64,000 nucleotides of DNA, taken from Cyclobacteriaceae bacterium. GTDB taxonomy: Bacteria > Bacteroidota > Bacteroidia > Cytophagales > Cyclobacteriaceae. This document shows positions 41,901-51,417 of this stretch, piece after piece (the first letter of the stretch is position 1; each line of letters opens with the position of its first letter). The position numbers were made by a program, and so were the translations under genes. The notes under the pieces are model-generated. The model had not been told where the DNA came from. It searched no databases and saw only the letters and a list, made by a program, of their open reading frames with translations. Location of the stretch: assembly GCA_965212145.1 (NCBI GenBank), contig CBDBUY010000002.1, forward strand, positions 68,099-132,098, in the 5' to 3' direction.

Positions 41901-43377
41901 CTTTGATCTGAAAAATGCCAATCCCGACGCGCGTATCAATGTGAAGTTGGTATCTGAAACAGGTGTGGGAACCATTGCTGCCGGAGTGGCAAAAGGTTTC
42001 GCTGATGCAATTCTCGTGTCTGGTGCAGACGGTGGAACTGGCGCTTCGCCTTTGAGTTCCATCAGGCATGCCGGCCTTCCATGGGAAATGGGTTTATCTG
42101 AAGCACAGCAAACCTTGGTCATGAATCGACTGAGGAGTAGAGTTGTATTACAGTCGGACGGGAAAATGATGACAGGTCGCGACATTGCGGTAGCAACGCT
42201 CCTTGGAGCTGAAGAATGGGGCGTTTCGACAGCCGCGTTGATCGCGGAAGGATGTATCATGATGCGGAAATGTCATCTGAATACTTGTCCGGTGGGGATT
42301 GCTACTCAAGATGAAAGACTGAGGAAGTTGTTTACTGGAGATCCCGATCATGTGGTGAACCTGTTCAAGTTTATGGCACAGGAGCTTCGTGAAATAATGG
42401 CTCAATTGGGCTTTAAAACCATTCATGAGATGGTCGGTCAGAGCCATATGCTCATGCAAACCGACTCTGTGGATGCCCGAGGAATCGACCTTTCACCTTT
42501 GCTTAAGAAGATTGAAACGAACGATACGAGATATAACTCTCGTAAACAGCAGGATATGATCTCAAATGTCTTGGATTACAAGATCTGGGACGATGTGAAA
42601 GACGAGGTAGCGGCTGGTGAAACAGCGATGTTTGATTATGACATTAAAAACACAGATCGTTCCACTGGGTCAATTATTTCCAGCATTATTTCTAAGCAAT
42701 ATGGAAGCAATGGGTTGCCTGAGGATCAGATCAAATTGAAATTTAGTGGCTCAGCAGGTCAGAGTTTCGGCGCATTCCTGGCAAAGGGCGTAAAATTCAC
42801 TTTGGAGGGTGACGCCAATGACTATGTCGGCAAGGGACTGTCAGGTGGTCGCTTGATCATTCACCCAAAACGAAATGTCCATTTCAGGGCAAGAAAAAAT
42901 ACGATCATTGGAAACGTAGCGCTCTATGGAGCTACAAGCGGTGAGGTGTACATCAATGGAATCGCCGGTGAGAGATTTGCAGTTAGAAACTCGGGAGCTG
43001 TAGCTGTAGTTGAGGGTGTGGGTGATCACGGGTGCGAATACATGACCGGAGGTACAGTCCTTGTGATTGGCGCAACGGGTAAAAACTTTGCGGCAGGAAT
43101 GAGCGGAGGGATCGCCTATGTGCTGGATCCGGGAGGTAATCTCAGGGAGAATTGTAATATGGAGATGGTGATTTTTGATTCCATTGACGATGAAGACGTG
43201 GCAAGAGTCAGACATCTGATTATCAATCACTTGCGGCATACGGCAAGTAGTGTTGCCCAGGAACTTCTTTTGGATTGGAACCGATACATCAATCACATGG
43301 TGAAGGTGATTCCAAGAAAATACAAGGAGATTCTGGACCAGAAGAAATCGGAAATTCCAATGACGCCAATTTATTAA
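38920..43377 (+). CDS. gltB: glutamate synthase large subunit
   Basis: about 1485 aa; Ntn amidotransferase Cys in HDACGIG, FMN/3Fe-4S central domains, C-terminal GXGXG beta-helix. ATG 38920 chosen over TTG 38911. Confidence 0.95.
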   Translation: MTTKTTIDSMYLPEYEHDACGIGLLANIKRERSHAIVSDGILMLENMEHRGGCGAEPETGDGAGIMIELPHGLFETQFAETGKKLPNRGDYGVAMLFLPKPAWEECMAKFHGLATEMGFQIIHDRDVPVDNRFVGPTARENEPKIVQTFLCHGKLRGKDLERKLYVLKKYASRVLSEHFEEFYIASLSTTQIVYKGQLRTDQLKSYYLDLQNEDLKSAFAIIHSRFSTNTFPKWSLAQPFRYIAHNGEINTIRGNINKMKSKEALMESTLFTEDELKKLLPVCDMSWSDSANLDELIELLVMGGRPLPHAMMMLVPEAWQYNNQMDDKTKSFYKYNASIMEPWDGPAALCFTDGNLIGATLDRNGLRPCRYTITFDDRLIVASETGALPVDQKLVKEKGRLQPGKMLVVDLENGLIKYDQDIKEEIATSKPYDTWVTRNRIKLRGLPGPFQDPKFVPAEDVERMKIANGYTVEDVEKIVLPMALDGKEPIGSMGLEVPLAGLSKFPQHPANYLKQIFAQVSNPPIDPIRERLVMSLFTRLGEGRNILAEEPKHAHQVHITRPVLRPATFQKVLELDRQGFNHKVVHTTFGQEEKLADALDRVSKEAASLVRDGATILVLSDRVTSADKLSIPSLLALGAIHHHLIDQKLRASTSLVVHAADVIEVHHFATLIGYGASAVMPYLVFSDLKKYAEEKNLDFDVISNNYVEAVGKGLLKIMSKMGISTLQSYQAAQIFEAVGLSSEVIDKCFKGTTSRIEGNTFAHFEEDIRDNHNRAFGEDAKMKHGGVYAWRREQEEHLIDPETIHLLQKSTKLEDYELYKKYSERINNPKSKLVNLRHLLEFNKGKSIPIEEVEPVENILKRFATGAMSFGSISFEAHTTLAIAMNRIGGKSNSGEGGEDEIRYTPLENGDRQVSRIKQVASGRFGVTSHYLNNADEIQIKIAQGAKPGEGGQLPGHKVDEWIGRVRLSTPGVDLISPPPHHDIYSIEDLAQLIFDLKNANPDARINVKLVSETGVGTIAAGVAKGFADAILVSGADGGTGASPLSSIRHAGLPWEMGLSEAQQTLVMNRLRSRVVLQSDGKMMTGRDIAVATLLGAEEWGVSTAALIAEGCIMMRKCHLNTCPVGIATQDERLRKLFTGDPDHVVNLFKFMAQELREIMAQLGFKTIHEMVGQSHMLMQTDSVDARGIDLSPLLKKIETNDTRYNSRKQQDMISNVLDYKIWDDVKDEVAAGETAMFDYDIKNTDRSTGSIISSIISKQYGSNGLPEDQIKLKFSGSAGQSFGAFLAKGVKFTLEGDANDYVGKGLSGGRLIIHPKRNVHFRARKNTIIGNVALYGATSGEVYINGIAGERFAVRNSGAVAVVEGVGDHGCEYMTGGTVLVIGATGKNFAAGMSGGIAYVLDPGGNLRENCNMEMVIFDSIDDEDVARVRHLIINHLRHTASSVAQELLLDWNRYINHMVKVIPRKYKEILDQKKSEIPMTPIY

Positions 43378-43380
43378 GCT

Positions 43381-44784
43381 ATGGGGAAAATAACAGGTTT
43401 TTTAGAATACGACAGAGAGCTTCCGAGCAAAGAGGAAGTTGAAAAACGCGTCAAAAATTATAAGGAATTTGAGCAGCCCTGGCCGGAGGATAAAACAAAA
43501 AATCAGGCGGCCAGATGCATGGATTGCGGCATTCCGTTTTGTCATTCCGGGTGTCCGCTTGGAAACAAAATCCCGGACTTTAACGACGCAGTTTACAATC
43601 AAGATTGGGAATATGCTTTTCGCATTCTCAAGTCTACCAACAACTTTCCAGAGTTTACTGGACGAATTTGCCCTGCACCATGCGAAGGATCATGCGTTCT
43701 TGGGATCAATCAGCCACCAGTGGCTATAGAGCATATTGAAAAAACGATAGCTGAAAAAGGGTTTGATCTTGGTTTTGAAAAACCAAGAATTCCGGAAAAG
43801 CGAACAGGTAAAAATGTGGCTGTGGTAGGTTCGGGACCGGCCGGGATGGCCGCAGCGGATCAGCTCAATCAAGTCGGACACACTGTGACGGTCTTTGAGA
43901 GAGATTTGGAGATTGGCGGGTTGCTTCGCTTTGGTATTCCTGACTTCAAATTGGAAAAAGGAGTGGTAGAACGTCGAGTTAAATTGATGGAATCCGAGGG
44001 GGTGATTTTCAAAACCCAAACCAATATCGGTGAGGACATCAAGGCCAATCAATTGGTTCGTGATTTCGACGCAGTTGTGTTGGCTGGTGGAAGTACGATT
44101 CCTCGTGATTTACCAATTCCAGGCAGAGATTTGAAAGGTGTGCATTTTGCCATGGAGTTCCTCACTCAACAAAACCGTGAAGTGTCTGGATTGCCAGAAA
44201 ATGACCCAGAGCGGGTCATGGCAACAGGAAAGAATGTTGTAGTCATTGGAGGAGGAGATACAGGATCTGACTGTGTAGGAACCAGCAATCGTCATGGAGC
44301 AAAATCTGTGACGCAGATTGAAATCTTGGGTAAACCACCTGAAGATCGAACCATGACCAACCCTTGGCCGGAGTGGCCGATGACTCTCCGTACCTCCACT
44401 TCACATGAAGAAGGAGTGGACAGGAAGTGGGCGCTGATGACCAAAGAATTTGTAGGTAAAGATGGAAAACTCACCGGATTGAAGGTTGTAGATGCGGAGT
44501 TCACCGCCGGAAAATTCAAGGAAAATAAAAAGACCGAACGAGTCATCCCGTGTGAACTAGCTCTAATAGCCGCTGGATTTGTTCACCCACAGAAGGAGGG
44601 CCTTATGGAGCAACTTAAAGTTGAACTCGACAACCGAGGCAATGTGAAAGATGAGGACTTCAAAACATCAGTTGATAAAGTCTTTGTGGCAGGCGACATG
44701 CGCCGTGGACAGTCTCTCGTTGTTTGGGCGATCGCCGAGGGGAGGATGGCTGCTGAAAAGGTTTGTGAGTTTCTAGCCGTGTAA
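43381..44784 (+). CDS. gltD: glutamate synthase small subunit (NAD(P)H-dependent)
   Basis: 467 aa; Cys clusters CMDCGIPFC / CPLGN / CPAPCEGSC; VAVVGSGPAGMAAA dinucleotide fold. Confidence 0.95.
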   Translation: MGKITGFLEYDRELPSKEEVEKRVKNYKEFEQPWPEDKTKNQAARCMDCGIPFCHSGCPLGNKIPDFNDAVYNQDWEYAFRILKSTNNFPEFTGRICPAPCEGSCVLGINQPPVAIEHIEKTIAEKGFDLGFEKPRIPEKRTGKNVAVVGSGPAGMAAADQLNQVGHTVTVFERDLEIGGLLRFGIPDFKLEKGVVERRVKLMESEGVIFKTQTNIGEDIKANQLVRDFDAVVLAGGSTIPRDLPIPGRDLKGVHFAMEFLTQQNREVSGLPENDPERVMATGKNVVVIGGGDTGSDCVGTSNRHGAKSVTQIEILGKPPEDRTMTNPWPEWPMTLRTSTSHEEGVDRKWALMTKEFVGKDGKLTGLKVVDAEFTAGKFKENKKTERVIPCELALIAAGFVHPQKEGLMEQLKVELDNRGNVKDEDFKTSVDKVFVAGDMRRGQSLVVWAIAEGRMAAEKVCEFLAV

Positions 44785-44801
44785 TCAACCGATTGTAAGA
44801 A

Positions 44802-44850
44802 TTTCATTCCATTCGGTACTAACAGTGTGTACCTTCGAAATGGAATGAAG
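44802..44850 (+). terminator. long imperfect hairpin downstream of gltD
   Basis: TTTCATTCCATT(CG) ... (CG)AAATGGAATGAAG arms (11 bp + 2 bp, one bulge) around an inner GTAC/GTAC stem; followed by AAAAAA, not a T-tract. Confidence 0.35.
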
Positions 44851-45057
44851 AAAAAACACAAAGCATTAGTTCAAACCCTCATAATTGTCGGGTTCTTGGG
44901 CGTTTTTTCTTGGATGGCCACTCAGGCATTAAACCCGGAAATAAACGCCGAAGTGCCTATTTCTATAGATGTCAGCAAGGTTGGTAGTGCTGTTTTGGAA
45001 AAAATCGGACAACTAATCCGCGCTTTTCTGAGCCCGGAAAGGCGCTCTTTTTTCTAA
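44845..45057 (+). CDS. small hypothetical membrane-anchored protein (70 aa)
   Basis: MKKKHKALVQTLIIVGFLGVFSWMA: basic N-terminus + one TM; no family recognised; its ATG sits in the 3' arm of the gltD hairpin. Confidence 0.35.
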   Translation: MKKKHKALVQTLIIVGFLGVFSWMATQALNPEINAEVPISIDVSKVGSAVLEKIGQLIRAFLSPERRSFF

Positions 45058-46733
45058 CCTAATTTTCGATACTTGATCCTCGTCGGCTCTTTATCACCCA
45101 ATCGTTTCTTGCGGTTCTCCTCGTAATCCGAGAAGTTTCCTTCAAACCAATACACCTGAGAATCCCCTTCAAAGGCCAGTATGTGGGTTGAAATACGATC
45201 CAAGAACCATCTATCGTGAGAAATCACGACCGCACATCCACCGAAATTGAACAATGCTTCTTCAAGTGCTCTAAGGGTGTTGACGTCTAAGTCGTTTGTT
45301 GGCTCATCCAAGAGAATTAGGTTAGAGCTCTTTTTCAAAGTGAGGGCGAGATGAACCCTGTTCCGTTCTCCTCCGGAAAGCGTTCCCACTTTCTTCCCTT
45401 GATCCGAACCTGAGAAGTTGAATTTGCTCACATACGCCCTGGCATTCATTTCCTTTCCTCCAAGATCAATGATCTCATTCCCTTCAGAAATAACCTCATA
45501 CACGGTCTTATTCGGGTCGAGCTTCGTATGCTCTTGATCGACGTAGGACATCTCCACAGTTTCCCCTACTTCAAAACTTCCGGAATCCGGTTCTTCATTT
45601 CCAGTGATCAATTTGAAAAGCGTGGACTTACCTGCTCCGTTCGGTCCGATCACTCCCACTATCCCTCCCTGAGGCAGGTTGAAGGTCAAGTCCTCAAACA
45701 GAAGCCTGTCTCCATAAGCTTTTGACACACCTTTCACCTCAATTACCTTGGCTCCAAGCCTAGGACCCGGTGGAATGTACAATTCGAGTTGCTGTTCTTG
45801 CTCCTTGGCGTCTTCGCCCACCAGTTTGTCATACGCGTTCAAGCGGGCTTTGGCCTTGGCTTGACGACCTTTCGGAGACATTCGCACCCATTCCAATTCT
45901 CGTTGTAATGTTTTTTGTCGCTTGGTTTCGGATTTCTCTTCCTGGGACAGACGCTTTTCTTTTTGCTCCAACCAACTAGAATAATTCCCTTTCCATGGGA
46001 TGCCCTCCCCTCGATCAAGCTCTAAAATCCATCCTGCTACATTATCAAGAAAATAACGATCATGCGTTACGGCAATCACTGTTCCCGAATACTGCTGTAA
46101 AAAATGCTCAAGCCAAAGAACCGACTCAGCGTCCAGATGGTTGGTTGGTTCATCCAATAAAAGGACATCAGGTGATTGAAGCAGCAGCCTACACAAGGCA
46201 ACTCGCCTTTTCTCTCCTCCAGATAAATTCTTAATTACCGCATCTTCAGGTGGCGTTCTCAGGGCGTCCATTGCCCGAGCCAATTTATGATCGATTTCCC
46301 AAGCCCCTGATTGATCTAATTTCTCCTGAAGCTCACCTTGTCGTTCGATAAGCTTATTCATTTTGTCAGGGTCGTCCATGACCTCTGGCAGGGCGAAGCT
46401 TGCGTTTACTTCGTCATATTCTTTCAGAAGTTCCTGTATTTCCCCAACTGCTTCACGCACTACATCACCCACGGTTTTGTCCGGATCGAGTTCTGGTTCT
46501 TGCTCCAGCATACCGACCGAATATCCGGGAGAAAACACCACTTCACCCTCGTATTCCTGGTCTTTCCCGGCGATTATTCGCAATAAAGACGACTTACCGG
46601 CCCCATTTAGCCCTAAGACCCCTATTTTCGCACCGTAGAAAAAGGATAGATAAATATTTTTTAAGACTTGTTTTTTTGGTGGGTGAATCTTGTTCACTCC
46701 AGCCATGGAAAAAATGATCTTTTCGTCAGACAT
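45054..46733 (-). CDS. ettA: ABC-F ATPase, energy-dependent translational throttle protein
   Basis: 559 aa from MSDEKIIFSMAGVNK; two NBDs (GLNGAGKSS, GPNGAGKST; LSGGEKRR, LSGGERNR), no TM domains. ORF-track N-terminal extension to 46820 rejected. Confidence 0.9.
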   Translation of the reverse strand: MSDEKIIFSMAGVNKIHPPKKQVLKNIYLSFFYGAKIGVLGLNGAGKSSLLRIIAGKDQEYEGEVVFSPGYSVGMLEQEPELDPDKTVGDVVREAVGEIQELLKEYDEVNASFALPEVMDDPDKMNKLIERQGELQEKLDQSGAWEIDHKLARAMDALRTPPEDAVIKNLSGGEKRRVALCRLLLQSPDVLLLDEPTNHLDAESVLWLEHFLQQYSGTVIAVTHDRYFLDNVAGWILELDRGEGIPWKGNYSSWLEQKEKRLSQEEKSETKRQKTLQRELEWVRMSPKGRQAKAKARLNAYDKLVGEDAKEQEQQLELYIPPGPRLGAKVIEVKGVSKAYGDRLLFEDLTFNLPQGGIVGVIGPNGAGKSTLFKLITGNEEPDSGSFEVGETVEMSYVDQEHTKLDPNKTVYEVISEGNEIIDLGGKEMNARAYVSKFNFSGSDQGKKVGTLSGGERNRVHLALTLKKSSNLILLDEPTNDLDVNTLRALEEALFNFGGCAVVISHDRWFLDRISTHILAFEGDSQVYWFEGNFSDYEENRKKRLGDKEPTRIKYRKLG

Positions 46734-46798
46734 GGTTAGATTTGATTGAGAGGTCGAAATTACCACCAAAATCACACTTACAATAACCACCGAACTCA

Positions 46799-48010
46799 TT
46801 GAAGGACATTGACGTACCATACGGTTTCTTAAAAGGAAACGACCTGTACCTTTCAGCCTGGGGAGATCAAAAAGATAGGCGAATTGGAGAAATCAAAGAG
46901 GATGGACCTGAGGCCGCAATTCATTACTTCGAAGAAAAATTTAACGACTTTAAAGGGAAAATTGACCAGCTTGTCCAGACCATTGATGAGGCCGAAAACA
47001 AAGGCTCGTATCTCATGAAGCTTCTACATCTTAAAGAACAAGTGGTTTATCATGAAGGGCTGGGTGACTATTTGGAACTGCAGAAAGTGCTGCTTGCGTA
47101 TGAGGCTCAACTCAACGAAATCATCGAGAAAAATCGCGAGCGAAACTCCGAAATCAAAACGGCTCTTCTGACTGAGCTAAAGGAGTGTGTAGAGATAGTT
47201 AACTGGCAGGAGTCAACTGACAAAGTTCAGGACGTTAAGCAGCGATGGCTAAAAACCGGAAACGCCAAATCAGACGTTCACGATCAATTAGAAGAGGATT
47301 TTTGGGGAATTATTGAAGATTTCTTCGAGCGAAAGAAAGCCTTCTATGAGGATAAGAAAAGGCTAACAGATCATAGAAAAGAAAAATATTTAGCCATTCT
47401 AAAACAAGCTGACGATCTCCAGTCACTAAGAGGGAAAGAGCGATTTGATAAAGTCAAAGAGTTGAAAACGGCTTGGGGTGAGGTGGGTAACATTCCGGCG
47501 CGTGAGTACAAGGAATTGAACCATAAATTCAACAATCTCCTCAAAGGGAGAAAAGAACTTCCGCCTCCGAACTTCGATGCGATGCGTGAGGAGTTGGAAA
47601 AAGTATATAGCCGAGAAAAAGCTATAGATAAGGAAATGCTACAGAGGTATCGAAAGAGCCTGGGGTCTTTTAAAACAAGTGACCCAAAGTTGAAGCAAGA
47701 CAGGCATGAGGTCATGCAGCGAATAAACCTGATTTGGGAACGTGATTTTCTAGAGAATCTAGCTTCTAAGAAACATCGTGGCTTTCAGACTAGGTCAGAA
47801 GATGAAAAAAATAATATATTAAAGAAACTTTTGAACGAATTCATTCGTCGTGACAAAGTGGATCTGGAGCAGTATGAGGAGAATGCGGAGAAGTTTGCAG
47901 GCCATGACATCAAAACTAAACGGATGCTCGAGCGCAAACTGGGTCAGCAGAAGAACAAGATTCTTGTTAAGGAAAAACTACTTGAGATTCTGGAAAAAAG
48001 TGAGGCCTGA
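46799..48010 (+). CDS. DUF349 repeat protein
   Basis: 403 aa; repeated helical W..xG (KQRWLKTGN, KTAWGEVGN) units. TTG is the only start after an in-frame TAA at 46784. Confidence 0.7.
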   Translation: MKDIDVPYGFLKGNDLYLSAWGDQKDRRIGEIKEDGPEAAIHYFEEKFNDFKGKIDQLVQTIDEAENKGSYLMKLLHLKEQVVYHEGLGDYLELQKVLLAYEAQLNEIIEKNRERNSEIKTALLTELKECVEIVNWQESTDKVQDVKQRWLKTGNAKSDVHDQLEEDFWGIIEDFFERKKAFYEDKKRLTDHRKEKYLAILKQADDLQSLRGKERFDKVKELKTAWGEVGNIPAREYKELNHKFNNLLKGRKELPPPNFDAMREELEKVYSREKAIDKEMLQRYRKSLGSFKTSDPKLKQDRHEVMQRINLIWERDFLENLASKKHRGFQTRSEDEKNNILKKLLNEFIRRDKVDLEQYEENAEKFAGHDIKTKRMLERKLGQQKNKILVKEKLLEILEKSEA

Positions 48011-48041
48011 AAATTGGGCTTTGATTTTTCATTATAAAACA

Positions 48042-48049
48042 TATTTTTG
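48042..48049 (+). promoter_or_regulatory. -7 promoter box TATTTTTG
   Basis: TAnnTTTG match 39 nt upstream of ATG 48088. Confidence 0.35.
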
Positions 48050-48087
48050 CAGCCACGTTCGGAGAGCGTGTCAAAAACAAAGGATTT

Positions 48088-48309
48088 ATGTACTGGACTT
48101 TAGAACTTGCATCCTACCTTGAAGACGCCCCTTGGCCGGCTTCTAAGGATGAATTGATTGATTTCTCGATCCGTTCAGGTGCTCCATTGGAAGTGGTAGA
48201 GAACCTTCAGGAACTGGAGGATGACGGAAACCCATTTGAAACAATTGAGGAGATTTGGCCGGATTATCCTACCAAAGAAGATTTTTTCTTCAATGAGGAT
48301 GAATATTAA
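48088..48309 (+). CDS. DUF2795 domain protein
   Basis: 73 aa; YLEDAPWPASKDELIDFSIRSGAP..VVENLQEL matches my recollection of the DUF2795 pattern. Confidence 0.65.
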   Translation: MYWTLELASYLEDAPWPASKDELIDFSIRSGAPLEVVENLQELEDDGNPFETIEEIWPDYPTKEDFFFNEDEY

Positions 48310-48331
48310 TCAATAAGAAAAAGGAAATTAA

Positions 48332-48364
48332 AAACCCTCACCGATTGGTGGGGGTTTCTTTTTT
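48332..48364. terminator. bidirectional intrinsic terminator between DUF2795 gene and ispD
   Basis: AAACCCTCACC-GATT-GGTGGGGGTTT (11 bp, one G-U) followed by CTTTTTT; A-tract on the other side serves the minus strand. Confidence 0.75.
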
Positions 48365-49001
48365 ATCCCAGATCGTCGGGAGTTGTAATCTTAATGTTGC
48401 TGTAGGTTCCATCCACCAGATGAACCTCATGCCCTGCCCACTCATAGACTGAGGCATCATCCAGGAAGTCTTTTAGACTGGCAGAATCATAAGCCGCCTT
48501 AATAAGCTTCACCTGGAATGTTTGCGGAGTTTGCACCAATCGATAATTTCTGCGATCCCTTGAAATGGAAGTATGTCCCGCAATTTCCCGAATAGAATCT
48601 TTCAGCTCGACCACTGCCACCCCTGAGCCGTGCTCTTTTGCAGAATCAAATGAGCTCAGGATGGTCTCACTGGACACATAAGGCCGAACCGCATCGTGAA
48701 TGGCTACTAGCCCATCATCGACTTTATCAAGGCCATTCTTTACTGAGTCGAATCTCGTTTCACCCCCATGTGCTAGCTGAATTGAGAAATCACTAAAATA
48801 TTTGGTTTGAATATCCCGCCAGATGGACTTTTGATCCTTAGGAATCACCACCACCAATTGGATATTTGGATCGAATTCCAGGAAGCGTTCAATTGTCCTA
48901 GCAATGATCGGTTTGCTATCGATCTCGAGAAACTGTTTTGGAATATCGGAACCCATTCTGAGTCCCTTGCCACCTGCAACGATGATGGCCCACTTTTTCA
49001 T
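48363..49001 (-). CDS. ispD: 2-C-methyl-D-erythritol 4-phosphate cytidylyltransferase
   Basis: 212 aa; IVAGGKGLRMGSDIPKQFL signature. Confidence 0.9.
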   Translation of the reverse strand: MKKWAIIVAGGKGLRMGSDIPKQFLEIDSKPIIARTIERFLEFDPNIQLVVVIPKDQKSIWRDIQTKYFSDFSIQLAHGGETRFDSVKNGLDKVDDGLVAIHDAVRPYVSSETILSSFDSAKEHGSGVAVVELKDSIREIAGHTSISRDRRNYRLVQTPQTFQVKLIKAAYDSASLKDFLDDASVYEWAGHEVHLVDGTYSNIKITTPDDLG

Positions 49002-49003
49002 AC

Positions 49004-50050
49004 TTATATGATCAGCATGGCATCACCATAGGTGAAGAAGCGATACTTCTCCTTGATGGCGGTCTGATATGCCTCCATGATCAAATCATATCCCCCAAAC
49101 GCACTAGCCATCATAAGCAGCGTGGATTCAGGTAGATGGAAATTCGTGATCAGCGCATCACAAATCTTGAAATCATATGGAGGGAAAATAAACTTGTCCG
49201 TCCAGCCACTGTTGGCTTTCAAAAGGCCATTGGCAGAAACTGATGATTCCAATGTTCTCATCACGGTAGTTCCAACTGCACAAATCTTCGTATTGTCAGC
49301 AAGAGACTGATTCACCCGCTCGGCTGTCGGCTCCTCCACCCAATAGTTTTCAGAGTCCATTTTGTGCTTGGTAAGGTCTTCAACATCTACAGGCCTGAAG
49401 GTTCCAAGACCAACATGCAGCGTGACAGGTCTAGTGTCAATTCCCTTCAGCTCCATCTTTTTCATGAGCTGCTTAGTGAAGTGAAGTCCGGCCGTAGGAG
49501 CAGCCACTGCGCCAATGTGCTCGGCGTATATGGTTTGAAACCTTTCTCTATCCTCACTTTCAGCCTGTCGATCTATTTCTTTAGGAAGAGGGGTCTCTCC
49601 AAGTCGATCTATCAATCCATAAAATTCTTCTTCAGTGGCATCATTCAAGAATCGAATGGTTCTGCCTCTCGAGGTGGTATTGTCAATTACTTCAGCCACC
49701 AATTCCCCTTCTCCGAAATACAATTTATTACCTACCCTGATCTTTCTTGCCGGATCTACAAGCACATCCCAAAGCTTCATTTGCTTGTTTAGCTCACGAA
49801 GAAGGAACACTTCTATCTTGGCCCCAGTCTTTTCTTTATTCCCAAACAGGCGAGCAGGGAAAACCTTGGTATTGTTAAGAACGAACAAATCACCATCGTC
49901 GAAGTAATCCAGAACGTCGGTGAAGGCCTTGTGCTCTATCTCACCAGTATCCTTGTGCACGACCATCAATCGAGAATCATCTCTATTCTCATTGGGATAC
50001 AAGGCAATATTACTTGAAGGGAGGTCAAATTTGAACGCAGATAATTTCAT
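49004..50050 (-). CDS. queA: S-adenosylmethionine:tRNA ribosyltransferase-isomerase
   Basis: 348 aa; [40 protein letters not shown]. Confidence 0.95.
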   Translation of the reverse strand: MKLSAFKFDLPSSNIALYPNENRDDSRLMVVHKDTGEIEHKAFTDVLDYFDDGDLFVLNNTKVFPARLFGNKEKTGAKIEVFLLRELNKQMKLWDVLVDPARKIRVGNKLYFGEGELVAEVIDNTTSRGRTIRFLNDATEEEFYGLIDRLGETPLPKEIDRQAESEDRERFQTIYAEHIGAVAAPTAGLHFTKQLMKKMELKGIDTRPVTLHVGLGTFRPVDVEDLTKHKMDSENYWVEEPTAERVNQSLADNTKICAVGTTVMRTLESSVSANGLLKANSGWTDKFIFPPYDFKICDALITNFHLPESTLLMMASAFGGYDLIMEAYQTAIKEKYRFFTYGDAMLII

Positions 50051-50087
50051 AGAACCGATTGTGGAATTTTGTTCGAAATAAGGAGCG

Positions 50088-50095
50088 CAAAAGTA
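50088..50095 (-). promoter_or_regulatory. -7 promoter box TACTTTTG for queA-ispD
   Basis: Minus strand TACTTTTG, 38-45 nt upstream of ATG 50050. Confidence 0.35.
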
Positions 50096-50147
50096 GCAAA
50101 ATGTTTTGTTTAATTTTAACCTTGTTAGGGCTTAAGCCGTCAGAACA

Positions 50148-51401
50148 ATGATGATATTCTTAAAACTACTTGGAGAGAGCTTCCTTTTTGCCTTCAATGC
50201 ACTAAGATCAAATCTCCTACGTACCATCCTGTCCTTGGTTGGCGTTACTATCGGAATCCTGCTCATTATATCCGTGCTTACAGTAGTTGACTCCATGGAA
50301 CGCAGCATCAATGAAAGCTTAAGTGCGCTGAATAAGGAGAATATGGATATTCGTCGTTTTCCATATGACTTTGGACCCAACTTCGCCTGGTGGGATTATT
50401 TCAGAAGGCCGTTTACGACTTACGAGGAATATGAATTCCTGAGAGACAACCTCGAAAACGTTAAGGGTATTACCATTTTCGCTGCTACAGGTGGAGAGAT
50501 CATTAAGTATAAAAGTAGTGCCAGCACGGGTGTAAGCATGTTCGGGGTATCTCATAGTTACAAAGACGTTTATGAAATTCAGATAGAGAAGGGGCGATAT
50601 TTCACACCGCAGGAAGATGAAGGTGGAAGAAATGTCGCGATCATCGGGCACAGAATTGCGGACGAGCTTTTTAGGGATGGTGATCCGGTCGGAAAGGTTA
50701 TTAAGATCAAGGGCCGAAGGTTCTATGTCATAGGAAAAATTAAAGAGCAAGGTGAGGCATTTTTAGGAGGAAATAGTGAAGATGAAAGCGTCTACATTCC
50801 CTACAAGACCATCAAGCAGATGTATTACAGCGGCCGTACGGATGGGATCGAAACGCTCATCAGTATGAAAGGCCTGGAGACTGATACTAATCTGGAACAG
50901 CTAGAATGGGAAACCAGGGGATTGCTTCGGAAGGTCCGTGGTTTGAAACCCCGAGAAAAAGACAATTTCTCATTGAATAGGCAGGAGGCGCTAATTAAAC
51001 TATTCGGCGGATTCTTCACTGTTATGAAAATTGCCGGCTGGTTCATTGGTGGATTCTCCATCTTGGTAGGAGGGTTCGGTACGGCGAACATCATGTTTGT
51101 ATCGGTGCGTGAACGAACACATATTATCGGTATCCAAAAATCTCTTGGTGCTAAGAACTACTTCATCTTGTTCCAATTCCTTTTTGAGTCCATCTTCCTA
51201 TGCATCATTGGAGGGGGGATTGGATTGTTAATTGTCTGGCTGTTGAGTTTCATCAGTCTGGGTTCTCTGGATCTAGTGCTTTCTTGGGGGAATCTCCTAC
51301 TTGGAATTACCGTATCCTCCATAATTGGAGTGGTTGCCGGAATTATTCCCGCTATCAAAGCATCTCGGATGGATCCAGTGATAGCAATAAGGACACAATA
51401 A
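50148..51401 (+). CDS. ABC transporter permease, MacB/LolC-type (N-terminal TM, periplasmic core domain, C-terminal FtsX 3-TM)
   Basis: 417 aa; LRSNLLRTILSLVGVTIGI, IGIQKSLGAKN, PAIKASRMDPVIAIR. Confidence 0.85.
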   Translation: MMIFLKLLGESFLFAFNALRSNLLRTILSLVGVTIGILLIISVLTVVDSMERSINESLSALNKENMDIRRFPYDFGPNFAWWDYFRRPFTTYEEYEFLRDNLENVKGITIFAATGGEIIKYKSSASTGVSMFGVSHSYKDVYEIQIEKGRYFTPQEDEGGRNVAIIGHRIADELFRDGDPVGKVIKIKGRRFYVIGKIKEQGEAFLGGNSEDESVYIPYKTIKQMYYSGRTDGIETLISMKGLETDTNLEQLEWETRGLLRKVRGLKPREKDNFSLNRQEALIKLFGGFFTVMKIAGWFIGGFSILVGGFGTANIMFVSVRERTHIIGIQKSLGAKNYFILFQFLFESIFLCIIGGGIGLLIVWLLSFISLGSLDLVLSWGNLLLGITVSSIIGVVAGIIPAIKASRMDPVIAIRTQ

Positions 51402-51417
51402 AGAGAAATACAAATCG

